From an uncultured Treponema sp. (GTDB lineage Bacteria > Spirochaetota > Spirochaetia > Treponematales > Treponemataceae): 46,932 nt of DNA. Where the stretch lies: assembly GCA_937900125.1 (NCBI GenBank), contig CALCEK010000246.1, positions 1 to 46,932 on the forward strand, in the 5' to 3' direction. Within the stretch, counting starts at the first letter, position 1. Each line of letters starts with the position of its first letter. Made by a program: the position numbers and the translations under genes. Below, one piece after another: positions 18,908-28,857 of the stretch. Under the pieces are notes generated by a model that worked only from the letters and a program-made list of their open reading frames with translations, was not told the origin of the DNA and made no database searches.

Positions 18908-18958
18908 GCACCCCTAATTAAACCTAAACGGAAAAAATTCCGCACCAAGTCCTATTAT

Positions 18959-19270
18959 GGAAACCCCTAATAATTGCAATTTTTAGAGGTAACTTTAAAA
19001 ATGCGATATTCTAAGTCGTTGTATTTCAACAACTTAAAACTCGACGGCATCTCGAAAAAAATTATCTAAAACGAATTTTTCGAGATGCCTTTATCTACGT
19101 CCAGAAAAATTCTGAACACGCCCATTATACCACAATATCGGTAAATTTAATATAACTTTGTAGGTCAATTTTGAGTTTTGAAAATGCCTAAATTGCCGTG
19201 TCCGAGAATGCACAAAACCTATAGGGAATCTCTGAAAAGTCACCAAAAATGAACTTTTGAAGATTCCCTA
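18959..19270. repeat. Cluster of three palindromic elements (18959-18993, 19046-19089, 19222-19270)
   Basis: GGCATCTCGAAAAA...TTTTTCGAGATGCC; TAGGGAATCT...AGATTCCCTA; GGAAACCCCTAATAATTGCAATTTTTAGAGGTAAC. Confidence 0.75.
19124..19132 (-). promoter_or_regulatory. Extended -10 (TGGTATAAT), candidate promoter of the phosphatase operon
   Basis: Reverse complement of ATTATACCA; the -35 is weak. Confidence 0.45.
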
Positions 19271-19274
19271 AATT

Positions 19275-20414
19275 TTAACGAGAAAGCGAAGCGAGCGGGA
19301 TAAGTGAAGGAGAAGTTGTTGCGTTTTCTAATTTTGCATACTCTTGCATAACAGCAATTTGTTGACGAGAAAGCTTTGTTGGTAATTGGACAACAACTTT
19401 TATAAACAAATCGCCCTTTCGAGATGAATTTACATAAGGAACGCCCTCTTCTTTTATCCGAAGCAATTTTCCTTGCGTTGTTCCAGCAGGAATTTTTAGC
19501 GTGATTCGCCTATTATCAAGCGTTGTTATGCTTATGTCTGCGCCAAGTGCCGCTTGAGAAATGCTGATTGGAACTGCGCAATACAGATTATATCCATCGC
19601 GCTCAAAGAATTTGTCCTCGCGAACGTGAATAACAATAATTAAATCGCCAGAAGCTCCACCTTTTTTTCCCGCATCACCTTGATGAGGAATAGAAATTCG
19701 TTTTCCATCGTCAACACCCGCTGGAATCGAAATCGTCATCACTTTTTCTTTTGGCTGAACACCAGAACCATGACATTCTGAACACGGATGGTCGATAATC
19801 GTACCTTCGCCTTGGCAAGTAGGACAAGTTTGTTGAACAGCAAAGAATCCTGCGTTACGCCTAATTTGCCCTGTACCGCGACAAGTTGAGCAAGTCTTTA
19901 AGTTAGACCCCGCTTCGCCACCAGAACCATGACACTTTGGACAAGTTTCGTTATGCCTAAAATGAATATCTTTTTTGCAACCATAAACGGCATCTTTAAA
20001 GTCTATTTCAAGGTCGTAACGGAGCGTAGCACCTTCGTTTGTATCCCGCCGAGAACGAGAACTTCCGCCAAAGCCACCACCAAACAGATTTTCAAAAATG
20101 TCAGAAAATCCGCCGTCGCCACTGCCAAATATATCGCTAAAATCATGAAAGGCATGGCTATATCCTTGATTTCCGCCTCCCATTCCTTCAAGCCCCGCAA
20201 AACCATACTGGTCGTAAATAGGACGTTTTTGGTCATCACTCAAAACCTCGTAGGCTTCTGTTGCTTCCTTAAAATGCTCTTCTGCATCTTTATCGCCAGG
20301 ATTGCGGTCTGGATGATATTTTATTGCAAGTTTCCGATATGCTTTCTTGATTGTATCTTTGTCGGCACTTTTATCTATACCTAAAACTTCATAATAATCA
20401 CGTTTGTTAGCCAT
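19275..20414 (-). CDS. dnaJ: Chaperone DnaJ
   Basis: [14 protein letters not shown] region, four CxxCxGxG repeats. Confidence 0.99.
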   Translation of the reverse strand: MANKRDYYEVLGIDKSADKDTIKKAYRKLAIKYHPDRNPGDKDAEEHFKEATEAYEVLSDDQKRPIYDQYGFAGLEGMGGGNQGYSHAFHDFSDIFGSGDGGFSDIFENLFGGGFGGSSRSRRDTNEGATLRYDLEIDFKDAVYGCKKDIHFRHNETCPKCHGSGGEAGSNLKTCSTCRGTGQIRRNAGFFAVQQTCPTCQGEGTIIDHPCSECHGSGVQPKEKVMTISIPAGVDDGKRISIPHQGDAGKKGGASGDLIIVIHVREDKFFERDGYNLYCAVPISISQAALGADISITTLDNRRITLKIPAGTTQGKLLRIKEEGVPYVNSSRKGDLFIKVVVQLPTKLSRQQIAVMQEYAKLENATTSPSLIPLASLSR

Positions 20415-20443
20415 TAAAATCACCTAAAAATCGGGATGTGCCT

Positions 20444-20472
20444 ATTATATAGAAAAAAAAACAGCGTGTAAA
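20444..20472 (-). promoter_or_regulatory. Sigma70-type promoter directly upstream of dnaJ
   Basis: Minus strand TTTACA-17-TATAAT. Confidence 0.7.
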
Positions 20473-20503
20473 GAAAAAGAACAGGGAACTTAACCATTCC
20501 CTG
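20471..20503 (-). terminator. Intrinsic terminator after dnaK
   Basis: CAGGGAA / TTCCCTG stem (20482-20503) followed on the minus strand by a U-rich tail. Confidence 0.65.
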
Positions 20504-20523
20504 CCCTTCTAAAAAATCAGACT

Positions 20524-22464
20524 TTATTTATCATCGTGAACTTCATACTGAACATCGTCAGCAGAACCTTTGTCAAATTTAGAATTGTTGTTAGCTCCCG
20601 CATTTGAAGAAGAATCCGCACTGCCAGAAGCTGCATTCGCACCCGCAGCCGCTTGCGCTTTGTACATTTCTTCTGCAATCTTATAAGAAGCCTGCTTTAA
20701 GTTTTCAGTTTTCTTTTTGATGTCGTCCACATTTGAACCAGAAAGAGCGTCTTTCAAATCCTTAATTGAAGCTTCAATGTTAGATTTGTCACCTGAAGAA
20801 ATTTTGTCGCCCATATCTTTAAGCGTTTTTTCAGTAGAATAAATCAAACTATCAGCTTCATTTCGAGTATCGATTTCTTCTCGTTTCTTTTTGTCAGATT
20901 CAGCGTTTGCTTCCGCATCTTTTACCATGCGATTGATTTCATCTTCGCTCAAACCAGAAGAGTTTTGAATCTGGATTTTCTGTTCTTTTCCAGTTCCCAA
21001 ATCTTTTGCCGAAACCTTTACAATTCCGTTTGCGTCAATGTCGAATGTAACTTCAATCTGAGGAACACCACGTGGTGCTGGTGGGATTCCTACAAGGTCG
21101 AAATTTCCAAGTGTGCGGTTTTGACTTGCCATTTCGCGCTCGCCCTGCAAAACATGAATTGTTACTGCAGTTTGACCATCTGCCGCAGTTGAAAACACCT
21201 GACTCTTTTTGGTTGGAATAGTTGTATTTCGATTGATAAGTCGTGTAAATACGCCACCCATTGTTTCAATTCCCAAAGAAAGCGGTGTTACGTCAAGCAA
21301 CAAAACATCTTTTACATCGCCAGCCAAAACTCCGCCTTGAATTGCAGCTCCGATTGCAACAGCTTCATCTGGGTTTACAGCGCGGCTTCCTTCTTTTCCA
21401 AAGATGCTCTTTACAATTTCTTGAACTTTTGGCATACGGCTTGAACCGCCAACAAGCAAAACCTCATCAATTTTGTCTGGAGTAAGTTCCGCATCTTTCA
21501 TAGCTTTTTGACAAGGCTCACGGGTTGCTTCAAACAAATCATCTGTCATTTGTTCAAATTGCGCACGAGAAAGACTCTTTTGCAAATGCTTTGGGCCTGT
21601 TGCGTCAGCGGTAATAAATGGCAAATTGATGTCAACAGTTGTCTGGTTAGACAAAGAAATTTTTGCATTTTCGGCAGCTTCGCGCAAACGTTGCATTGCC
21701 ATTGCGTCTCCTGCCAAATCAATGCCAGTGTCAGCTTTAAATTGGTCAATCAACCAGTTTACGATTCGCCTATCCCAGTCATCACCACCTAAGTGGGTGT
21801 TTCCGTTTGTCGATTTTACTTCAAAAACGCCATCGCCTAATTCCAAAATAGAAATATCAAATGTACCGCCACCTAAATCGTAAACCGCAATAGTTTTTTC
21901 ATTTTTTTGCTCTTTGTTAAAACCAAATGCCAAAGAAGCCGCAGTTGGCTCATTGATAATGCGTTTTACATCAAGACCTGCAATTTTGCCCGCATCTTTT
22001 GTTGCTTGGCGTTGTGCATCGTTAAAATACGCTGGAACGGTAATAACGGCTTCTGTTACGGTTTCGCCAAGATAATCTTCTGCGGTCTTTTTCATCTTTT
22101 GAAGAATAAATGCGCTGATTTCCTGTGGGCTAAACTCTTTCTTTGAGCCGTTTTCCTCAACTTGAACGCGAACATCTTCGCCGTGGTCGTTAATTGTATA
22201 TGGCAATTTTGTAGCTTCGCCCTGCAATTCGCTAAAACGATGTCCAATAAGGCGTTTTACAGAATACACCGTATTTTTTGGGTTTGTTACCATCTGGTTT
22301 TTAGCAGGAAGTCCTACAATTCGGTCACCTTTAGATGTAAAACCAACGATAGAAGGTGTTGTGCGTCCGCCTTCCGCATTCTGAATAACAACCGGTTCGC
22401 CATTTTCCATAACGGCAACACAAGAGTTTGTTGTTCCAAGGTCAATTCCAATAATTTTTCCCAT
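20524..22464 (-). CDS. dnaK: Chaperone DnaK
   Basis: [27 protein letters not shown]. Start at the ATG at 22464. Confidence 0.99.
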   Translation of the reverse strand: MGKIIGIDLGTTNSCVAVMENGEPVVIQNAEGGRTTPSIVGFTSKGDRIVGLPAKNQMVTNPKNTVYSVKRLIGHRFSELQGEATKLPYTINDHGEDVRVQVEENGSKKEFSPQEISAFILQKMKKTAEDYLGETVTEAVITVPAYFNDAQRQATKDAGKIAGLDVKRIINEPTAASLAFGFNKEQKNEKTIAVYDLGGGTFDISILELGDGVFEVKSTNGNTHLGGDDWDRRIVNWLIDQFKADTGIDLAGDAMAMQRLREAAENAKISLSNQTTVDINLPFITADATGPKHLQKSLSRAQFEQMTDDLFEATREPCQKAMKDAELTPDKIDEVLLVGGSSRMPKVQEIVKSIFGKEGSRAVNPDEAVAIGAAIQGGVLAGDVKDVLLLDVTPLSLGIETMGGVFTRLINRNTTIPTKKSQVFSTAADGQTAVTIHVLQGEREMASQNRTLGNFDLVGIPPAPRGVPQIEVTFDIDANGIVKVSAKDLGTGKEQKIQIQNSSGLSEDEINRMVKDAEANAESDKKKREEIDTRNEADSLIYSTEKTLKDMGDKISSGDKSNIEASIKDLKDALSGSNVDDIKKKTENLKQASYKIAEEMYKAQAAAGANAASGSADSSSNAGANNNSKFDKGSADDVQYEVHDDK

Positions 22465-22539
22465 ATTCAATCTCCTCTAACAATTTCTTTCTATTAAATC
22501 TATCCGAAAATACGATTTCCGAACAGTTCTATTGCAATA

Positions 22540-23139
22540 TTATTCGCTCTTTTCGGACGGCATACTCACCATAACTTTTGCGTGGCGAATCACTCTATCC
22601 TTTAACTTGTAGCCTTTTAGGTACACAGCTTTAATCACAGGTTCATCTACGGGGTCATCGCTTTTTCCGATTGCTTCGTGAATGTCTGGGTCAAAAGCAT
22701 CCCCCACAGTTCCATAAGAAACAAGATTATACTTATTTTCTAACATTGACACCATATTTTTGTTTATCATCGTAACACCATCTGCAATGCTTTTTGCGTC
22801 ATTTGCCGTAGAAGCTGCCTCTACAGTGCGGTCAAAATTGTCAAGACTATCAAGCAAATCTTTTAACAAATTGGTATTTGCGTAATCATAAGCATCTTGT
22901 TTTTCTTGCAAAGAGCGTTTTCTTAAATTCTGAAAATCAGCTACGCTCCGCAAATATTTATCTTTTAACTCAGCATTTTCTTTTTCTAGCTCAGAAATGC
23001 GTTCTTCAAGGCTTTTTTCTGAATCTACTGAAGCATTTTCTTCAGTTTTTGCAGATTCTTCGGATTCTACAGATTTTTCCTCTTCTGAACATTCAGTTTG
23101 CTCTTGAATTTCTTGTTCCTCGTTTTCATTTTCAATCAT
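22540..23139 (-). CDS. grpE: Nucleotide exchange factor GrpE
   Basis: YLRSVADFQNLRKR, FDPDIHEA, KGYKLKDRVIRHAKV. Confidence 0.97.
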   Translation of the reverse strand: MIENENEEQEIQEQTECSEEEKSVESEESAKTEENASVDSEKSLEERISELEKENAELKDKYLRSVADFQNLRKRSLQEKQDAYDYANTNLLKDLLDSLDNFDRTVEAASTANDAKSIADGVTMINKNMVSMLENKYNLVSYGTVGDAFDPDIHEAIGKSDDPVDEPVIKAVYLKGYKLKDRVIRHAKVMVSMPSEKSE

Positions 23140-23158
23140 ATTGCATACCCTTTATTTG

Positions 23159-23244
23159 TTAAGAATGGCTAAAATTGTTTGCGAACAAGTTTTTGTTTCA
23201 GCCTTCTTAAATGTAAAATACTAAAAGAATTCCTTTTCCGTCAA
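23159..23244 (-). promoter_or_regulatory. grpE promoter candidate with a 52-nt leader stem-loop
   Basis: TTGACG at 23244-23239 with a TAGTAT or TATTTT -10 option; inverted repeat at 23159-23210. Confidence 0.5.
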
Positions 23245-23252
23245 CAGTTTAG

Positions 23253-23281
23253 AAAAAAAATCCCCAGAAAAAATTCTGGGG
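23253..23281 (-). terminator. Intrinsic terminator of the citrate synthase gene
   Basis: CCCCAGAA-aaaa-TTCTGGGG with an A-run on the left (U tail on the minus strand). Confidence 0.8.
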
Positions 23282-23323
23282 CGGTGTTAGACTAAACCAG
23301 GTTAAACCTAGCGGAACATTCAT

Positions 23324-23368
23324 GGATTCTTCGGAACTGCATTCCTCAGAATGACGCGCAAATTCGCA
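23324..23368. repeat. REP-like element GGATTCTTCG...CTCAGAATGACGCGCAAATTCGCA
   Basis: Related copies at 1841, 13987, 27891 and 44346. Confidence 0.65.
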
Positions 23369-23390
23369 ATAACACACAATTTCGAAAAGT

Positions 23391-24821
23391 TTAATCAGAA
23401 GGACCTGCGGTTGTTACTTCCTCGCTTATTTTTGAGCTGAGTTTATGTTCCTCGCTGGTAAGACGTTCTGCAATCGGAACATAAGGACGTTCTTCGCTAA
23501 CATTTTTGTAGGCGGGACGATAAATTCTTCCGCCAGCTACAATTTCTTCTATTCTGTGGGCACTCCAACCTGCGATTCGGGAAATTGCAAAAAGCGGTGT
23601 AAAAAGTTCACGCGGAATGTTTAACATTGTATACACAAATCCAGAGTAAAAATCCACATTTGTACAAATCTTCTTTTTATCTCCGTGGAACTCCTGCAAA
23701 ATTTCAGGGGCGAGTTTTTCAATAATCCGATAAAGATTAAATTCCTCCTCGCAACCTTTTACTTTTGCAAGCTCTGCCGCTTTGTTCCGCAAAAGGATCG
23801 CTCGCGGGTCGCTTATGGTGTAAACCGCATGCCCCTGCCCATAAATAAGCCCAGTATGGTCAAAGGCTTCCTTTCGGGCAATTTTCCGTAAATATTCGGC
23901 AATTTCCGTTTCAGAGCTCCAATCCTTAACATTAGCTTTAATATCGTCCATCATTTCTATAACGCGAATGTTAGCTCCACCGTGCCTCCGCCCTTTTAAC
24001 GAGCCGACGGCCGCCGCAATCGCCGAATAAGTGTCGGTGTCCGCAGAAGAAACCACGTGAACCGTAAGAGAAGAGTTGTTACCGCCACCGTGCTCCGCGT
24101 GCAAAACAAGTACAAGGTCAAGAATTTCGGCTTCTAGGCGTGTATAATTTTTATCTGAACGAATTAGTCGCAAAAAATTTTCCGCAGTGCTTAAATTCGG
24201 AAGCGGATTGTGGATATACATACTTTTCCCATCGTAATATCGGCGTTTTGCCTGGTATCCATAGGCTGCCAAAGTTGAAAATCGAGAAATCAATTCCATA
24301 CATTGTCGCATAATATTTGCTACGTCCCGATTTTCTGGGTCAGAATCGTAAGAATATGAAGCCAAAACACCACGCGCCATTTTATTCATAATATCGCTAG
24401 ACGGAGCTTTCATAATCATATCTTCAGTAAAATTTGGAGGCAAGTTTCGCATATTGCCCAAAATCTGCGAAAAATCTTCAAGTTGATTTTGCGTTGGAAG
24501 TTCGCCAAACAAAAGAAGATAAACACATTCTTCGTAGCCGAACGCATGATTTTTTTCCACATCTTTTATAATGTCTTCCACGTTGTAACCGCGATAAATC
24601 AATTTTCCAGGAACGGCAATTTTGTTCCCCTGAGAATCGACTTCGTAGCCAACGACATTACCGATTCGCGTAAGCCCAACTAAAACGCCCCGCCCATCCG
24701 CATACCTAAGTCCGCGTTTTACATCGTACTTTTGATAAAGCGAAGCATCGATGGGGTCATTGTACTGAGCAATTTCAGTAAACCTTTTAATGAATTTTTC
24801 AGAATCCACAATTTTTTCCAT
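23391..24821 (-). CDS. gltA: Citrate synthase (citrate/2-methylcitrate synthase family)
   Basis: HAEHGGGNNS, GRRHGGAN, GQGHAVY..SDPR, NVDFYSG. Confidence 0.93.
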   Translation of the reverse strand: MEKIVDSEKFIKRFTEIAQYNDPIDASLYQKYDVKRGLRYADGRGVLVGLTRIGNVVGYEVDSQGNKIAVPGKLIYRGYNVEDIIKDVEKNHAFGYEECVYLLLFGELPTQNQLEDFSQILGNMRNLPPNFTEDMIMKAPSSDIMNKMARGVLASYSYDSDPENRDVANIMRQCMELISRFSTLAAYGYQAKRRYYDGKSMYIHNPLPNLSTAENFLRLIRSDKNYTRLEAEILDLVLVLHAEHGGGNNSSLTVHVVSSADTDTYSAIAAAVGSLKGRRHGGANIRVIEMMDDIKANVKDWSSETEIAEYLRKIARKEAFDHTGLIYGQGHAVYTISDPRAILLRNKAAELAKVKGCEEEFNLYRIIEKLAPEILQEFHGDKKKICTNVDFYSGFVYTMLNIPRELFTPLFAISRIAGWSAHRIEEIVAGGRIYRPAYKNVSEERPYVPIAERLTSEEHKLSSKISEEVTTAGPSD

Positions 24822-24941
24822 GTAGTTCTCCTACTTTTTTATTTTTAATGCAGAAATGGGAACGAAAACAACAAACGCAAAACTTGCAGTTATAGCTTTT
24901 TGAGATTTATTTAAAAATATTGGGCATAGTAAACCTCTTTT

Positions 24942-24970
24942 ACTATACCATATCCGTTGATATTTGTAAA
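24942..24970 (-). promoter_or_regulatory. Sigma70-type promoter of citrate synthase
   Basis: Minus strand TTTACA-17-TATAGT, with TG extension. Confidence 0.65.
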
Positions 24971-25154
24971 CGCTTGAATAAAATTCTTTTTTGTATTTTT
25001 GGGATTCTTTGTCGAAATGCAAAAGATATAAAAACTCGCGCTAAAATTTACACTCTTATATAGAAGAAAAAGCGCGTCTGCAAAAAAATTTTTGAGGCAA
25101 GCGTACAAACACCAAATCGAAAATGCAAAATTTTAAAACTTTTTAAGATTATTT

Positions 25155-26960
25155 TTACATTTTTTCAAGAAATGGAACCAAAACAAGATTCATCGCGTCT
25201 TTTAAAACAGTAAGTGTGCAGTTAGACAAACACAAGCGCGCCTTTGCAAGAGAAATATTTTCTTCAGACAAAGACAAAATTGGGCAGTCACGATAAAATG
25301 CACTAAAAGCACGGCACAATTCGTAAAGATAAGACGCCATTACGCTAGGGTCAAGCTCTTCCGCAGCCTTAAAAACCACTTCTGGATAGCGCGAAAGTGC
25401 CTTTATAAGAGCCCATTCACTTGTATGGGTTAAAAGTGCTAAGTCATCAGGCGAAGAACTTTGCTCAATTCCTTTTTCTTGAGCTTTATGAATAATAGAA
25501 GAAATTCTCGCGCCCATGTATTGCAAATAAGGGCCAGTGTCACCATTAAAAGAAAGACTTTCTTCAGGATTAAAAAGCATATCTTTTACTGGATTTACTT
25601 GCAAAAGGTAATAATGTAAAGCCGCAAGTGCCACTTTTTCTGCAACTTCATCGGGGGAATCCAAAATTTCATCGCGTCCTTTTTCTTGAATAGCTTTTAA
25701 GGCTTCTTCGTGCAACGAATCGAGCAAATCGTCAGCGTCAACAACAGTTCCTTCCCGACTCTTCATACGCCCAGAGGGTAAATTTACTAAACCGTAACTC
25801 AAATGATAAAGTTTGTTTGCCCAATCGTAACCCAATTTTTGTAAAATATGGAACAAAATCTTAAAATGGTAATTTTGTTCGCTTGCTACAACGTAAACTA
25901 GCTGATTAAAGGCCCAATCGTTGTGCCTAGAAATTGCCGTTCCAATATCTTGAGTAATGTAGACCGAAGTTCCGTCCTTGCGCAAAAGCACTTTTGTATG
26001 GTCTTCACCATCTTTGTCCTTGCCAACAACGCTTGTTACGTCAATGCGCACAGAACCATCTTCAGCTTTAAAAAAGATTCCCTTTTCAAGTCCGCGCTGA
26101 ATTTCTTCTTTGCCTTTTAGATACGTGTCGCTTTCAAAATACAGTTTTTCAAAGCCCACACCAGTTCTTCGGTAGGTTTTCTGCACTCCATTTAAAGTCC
26201 AGTCGTTCATTTTTTGCCAAAGAGAGCGCACTTCCGAATCGCCAGCTTCCCATTTTACAAGCATTTCTTCCGCTTGCGCTAAGGCTTCAGGATGCTCTTT
26301 TGCATATTTGTCAAATTCGACATAACATTGACCTACAAAATGGTCGCCTTTCATTCCCAATTTTTCTGGAGTATCGCCCGCACTTTCGTGAAAAAGTTTA
26401 TAGGCAAGCATTGATTTACAAATGTGAATTCCGCGATTATTTATGATATTTACGCGATACACTTGCGCACCTGCTTTTTTAAGGATTCGACTAACGCTTT
26501 CGCCGAGGGCATCATTGCGCAAATGTCCAAGATGGAGTGGCTTGTTTGTGTTTGGGCTTGAATACTCCACCATTACACGTCTTCCCGTAAAATCGGATTT
26601 TCCATTTTTTAACACCGAGCCATAGGATTCACCTTGCAAAAGTATAGTGTTTAAAATATCCAGTGCGGCATTTTCTTTATTTAACTTTACATTTATATAG
26701 GGGCCTTGCGCAGAAAACTCGCCGATTTCTGTTTTGGGAAGCAATTTTACCGCTTCTTGCGCAATAACAGGCGGTGCAAGACGAAACACCTTTGCAAACG
26801 GAAAAACAGGGGCACCAATGTCGCCCATTTCGGGCTTTGGAGGATTTTCAAGACGTACAGAATCGGGCAAAATCGGCTCATCAGAACACTTTTTTTGTTC
26901 CCGCAAAAGATTAAGAGCCTCAGAAATCAACACACGAATTTGTTCTTTAGAATCTTCCAT
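25155..26960 (-). CDS. argS: Arginine--tRNA ligase
   Basis: EYSSPNTNKPLHLGHLRN, MKSREG, GDTGPYLQY. Confidence 0.98.
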   Translation of the reverse strand: MEDSKEQIRVLISEALNLLREQKKCSDEPILPDSVRLENPPKPEMGDIGAPVFPFAKVFRLAPPVIAQEAVKLLPKTEIGEFSAQGPYINVKLNKENAALDILNTILLQGESYGSVLKNGKSDFTGRRVMVEYSSPNTNKPLHLGHLRNDALGESVSRILKKAGAQVYRVNIINNRGIHICKSMLAYKLFHESAGDTPEKLGMKGDHFVGQCYVEFDKYAKEHPEALAQAEEMLVKWEAGDSEVRSLWQKMNDWTLNGVQKTYRRTGVGFEKLYFESDTYLKGKEEIQRGLEKGIFFKAEDGSVRIDVTSVVGKDKDGEDHTKVLLRKDGTSVYITQDIGTAISRHNDWAFNQLVYVVASEQNYHFKILFHILQKLGYDWANKLYHLSYGLVNLPSGRMKSREGTVVDADDLLDSLHEEALKAIQEKGRDEILDSPDEVAEKVALAALHYYLLQVNPVKDMLFNPEESLSFNGDTGPYLQYMGARISSIIHKAQEKGIEQSSSPDDLALLTHTSEWALIKALSRYPEVVFKAAEELDPSVMASYLYELCRAFSAFYRDCPILSLSEENISLAKARLCLSNCTLTVLKDAMNLVLVPFLEKM

Positions 26961-27028
26961 AAAAATCCCCTCAATTTCAAAATTGCTACATTAAACCTGT
27001 TCAAAAACTTCAGTTTCAAAACAAGTCT

Positions 27029-27057
27029 ATTATACAAATTTTTGAGCGACCGTGCAA
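27029..27057 (-). promoter_or_regulatory. Sigma70-type promoter of argS
   Basis: Minus strand TTGCAC-17-TATAAT. Confidence 0.7.
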
Positions 27058-27071
27058 CAAAAACGCATAGC

Positions 27072-27106
27072 TTGTGTAAACAGAAAAAATCGGCTACCAT
27101 AATAAA
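27072..27106 (+). promoter_or_regulatory. Leaderless promoter candidate of the J-domain gene
   Basis: TTGTGT-17-TACCAT-aataaa-ATG with no SD. Confidence 0.55.
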
Positions 27107-27859
27107 ATGCGCGATTGCTATAAAATTCTTGGAGTTTCCAAAAGTGCCACAGTTTCAGAAATAAAACGAGCGTACAGAAAAAAGGCAAAATTACTTCACC
27201 CAGACATTACTCACCAAGAATCTGAGGCATTTAACGAATTGCGCATGGCATACGAAACACTTGTTGACGAAAAATCCCGCGCCCTTTTTGACCAAACAAG
27301 CATATTTAAAAATAACGGTTTTCAAAAAAGGCAAACAAAACAAAATTTTGACTACCGCACATGGCTTTTAGCGCGAAACGATGAAGAAAGTCGTTCTCGG
27401 TTGATTTTTTTTGATTTGACTCACCACCGCGAGGACGATGCTGTAAACGAATTTAAGCAAATGAATATGGAACGAAGCAATTTTAGGCTTTCCCGCTGGT
27501 TTACGCGCGAAGAATTTATGGATTACGGCTTTATTCTTGCCGAAGAACTTGTTTTGCGCCAAGAATACTATGATGCGGTAATTTTGCTCGACCAAATAAT
27601 ACAGATGGAATTTTCCTATGAATATTTTAGGCTGTTTTTTCCAGAAGTAAAAAGTCTTGCGCGGCACATTTTGCGGAATAATATTGAAGGAGCTGTAAAC
27701 GATGAGCTTGCAATCGATGCTTGGGAACGCGCTCTTGAATTACGCTTTGGGAAATCCGACGATTCCTTCTTTTTACAAAAAATGGCAGACGCTTACGACC
27801 GCATTGGAGATTCTTACACCGCCTCCGTGTGCCGTGACGCTGCATTAAAATTGTCTTAA
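27107..27859 (+). CDS. J-domain (type III DnaJ-like) protein with helical, TPR-like C-terminus
   Basis: CYKILGV...EIKRAYRKKAKLLHPD...AYETL; no zinc finger. Confidence 0.88.
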   Translation: MRDCYKILGVSKSATVSEIKRAYRKKAKLLHPDITHQESEAFNELRMAYETLVDEKSRALFDQTSIFKNNGFQKRQTKQNFDYRTWLLARNDEESRSRLIFFDLTHHREDDAVNEFKQMNMERSNFRLSRWFTREEFMDYGFILAEELVLRQEYYDAVILLDQIIQMEFSYEYFRLFFPEVKSLARHILRNNIEGAVNDELAIDAWERALELRFGKSDDSFFLQKMADAYDRIGDSYTASVCRDAALKLS

Positions 27860-27890
27860 ATTAACATTTATTTTTCCGCAAAGAATTTGG

Positions 27891-27917
27891 GAGATATTTC
27901 ACTGCGTTCAATATGAC
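27891..27917. repeat. REP-like element GAGATATTTCACTGCGTTCAATATGAC
   Basis: Diverged reverse-orientation relative of the GTCATTCTGAGCGTAGCAAAGAATC motif at 14024-14049. Confidence 0.55.
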
Positions 27918-28020
27918 GTGGGAAGTTTGCGAGAGCGATTGCCAAGAACTTCCCGAATTTCTTCCCTTGTATAAATGACAAAAATCTACTATAGTAATGC
28001 AAGGCACACAGGAGTAGATT

Positions 28021-28818
28021 ATGATAAGACTAAAAAATGATGACCAGATTGCAAAAATCCGCAAAAGTTGCCATTGCCTTGCTGATTTGTTTAACGAAAT
28101 TATTCCGCGTGTAAAACCTGGTGTCAGCACAAAAGAAATTGACGATTGGTGTGTGGAATTTGTAAGAAAACGTGGCGGAAAACCCGCTTGGTATTCAGAA
28201 GGATTTCCAGGTTGTGCCTGCACAAGCATAAATAACACGGTGATTCACGGAGTTCCCTCAAAACACGAAATCGTTCACGATGGAGATATAGTTTCTCTCG
28301 ACATAGGAATCAATCTTGACGGCTATATTTCTGACAGTTGCCACACAGTTATGGTCGGAAATGTAAAGCCAGAGCATAGAAAATTAGTCCGCGTAACACG
28401 CGAAGCTCTTTTGCAAGGGATTGCCGCTTGCGTAAAAGGAAACAGGCTTTCCGACATTGCAAAAGCAGTAACAAATGTCTGCGAAAAGCAAAACGGCTAC
28501 GGTGTTGTGTACGAATATTGCGGTCACGGCGTAGGACTTGACGTTCACGAAGACCCCAGTGTGCCAAATAATTATCCATTTTCGGGCGCAAACCCGCGAA
28601 TTCAAAGTGGTATGGTGTTAGCAATTGAACCGATGATTAACGAAGGAACTGCCGATGTAATAACGGGCGACAAACGAAGCGAATGGAGCGTTATAACTGC
28701 GGACGGAAAATGGAGTTGTCACGAAGAACACACCGTTGCAGTTTTTCCCGACCACACTGAAATTTTAACCGACCTAGATTACAATGGAGCGTCCTGCCTA
28801 AAAGGAACTTCGTTTTAA
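28021..28818 (+). CDS. map: Type I methionyl aminopeptidase
   Basis: CTSINNTVIHGVP, DIG..DGYISD, GHGVG..VHEDP, AIEPM, HEEHT. Confidence 0.97.
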   Translation: MIRLKNDDQIAKIRKSCHCLADLFNEIIPRVKPGVSTKEIDDWCVEFVRKRGGKPAWYSEGFPGCACTSINNTVIHGVPSKHEIVHDGDIVSLDIGINLDGYISDSCHTVMVGNVKPEHRKLVRVTREALLQGIAACVKGNRLSDIAKAVTNVCEKQNGYGVVYEYCGHGVGLDVHEDPSVPNNYPFSGANPRIQSGMVLAIEPMINEGTADVITGDKRSEWSVITADGKWSCHEEHTVAVFPDHTEILTDLDYNGASCLKGTSF

Positions 28819-28857
28819 ACAAAAGTTCGCAATACTTTAAGTTTGTATAGGGAATAA

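Noticed and set aside
23140..23390. CIRCE operator
   Set aside because: No TTAGCACTC-N9-GAGTGCTAA match on either strand.
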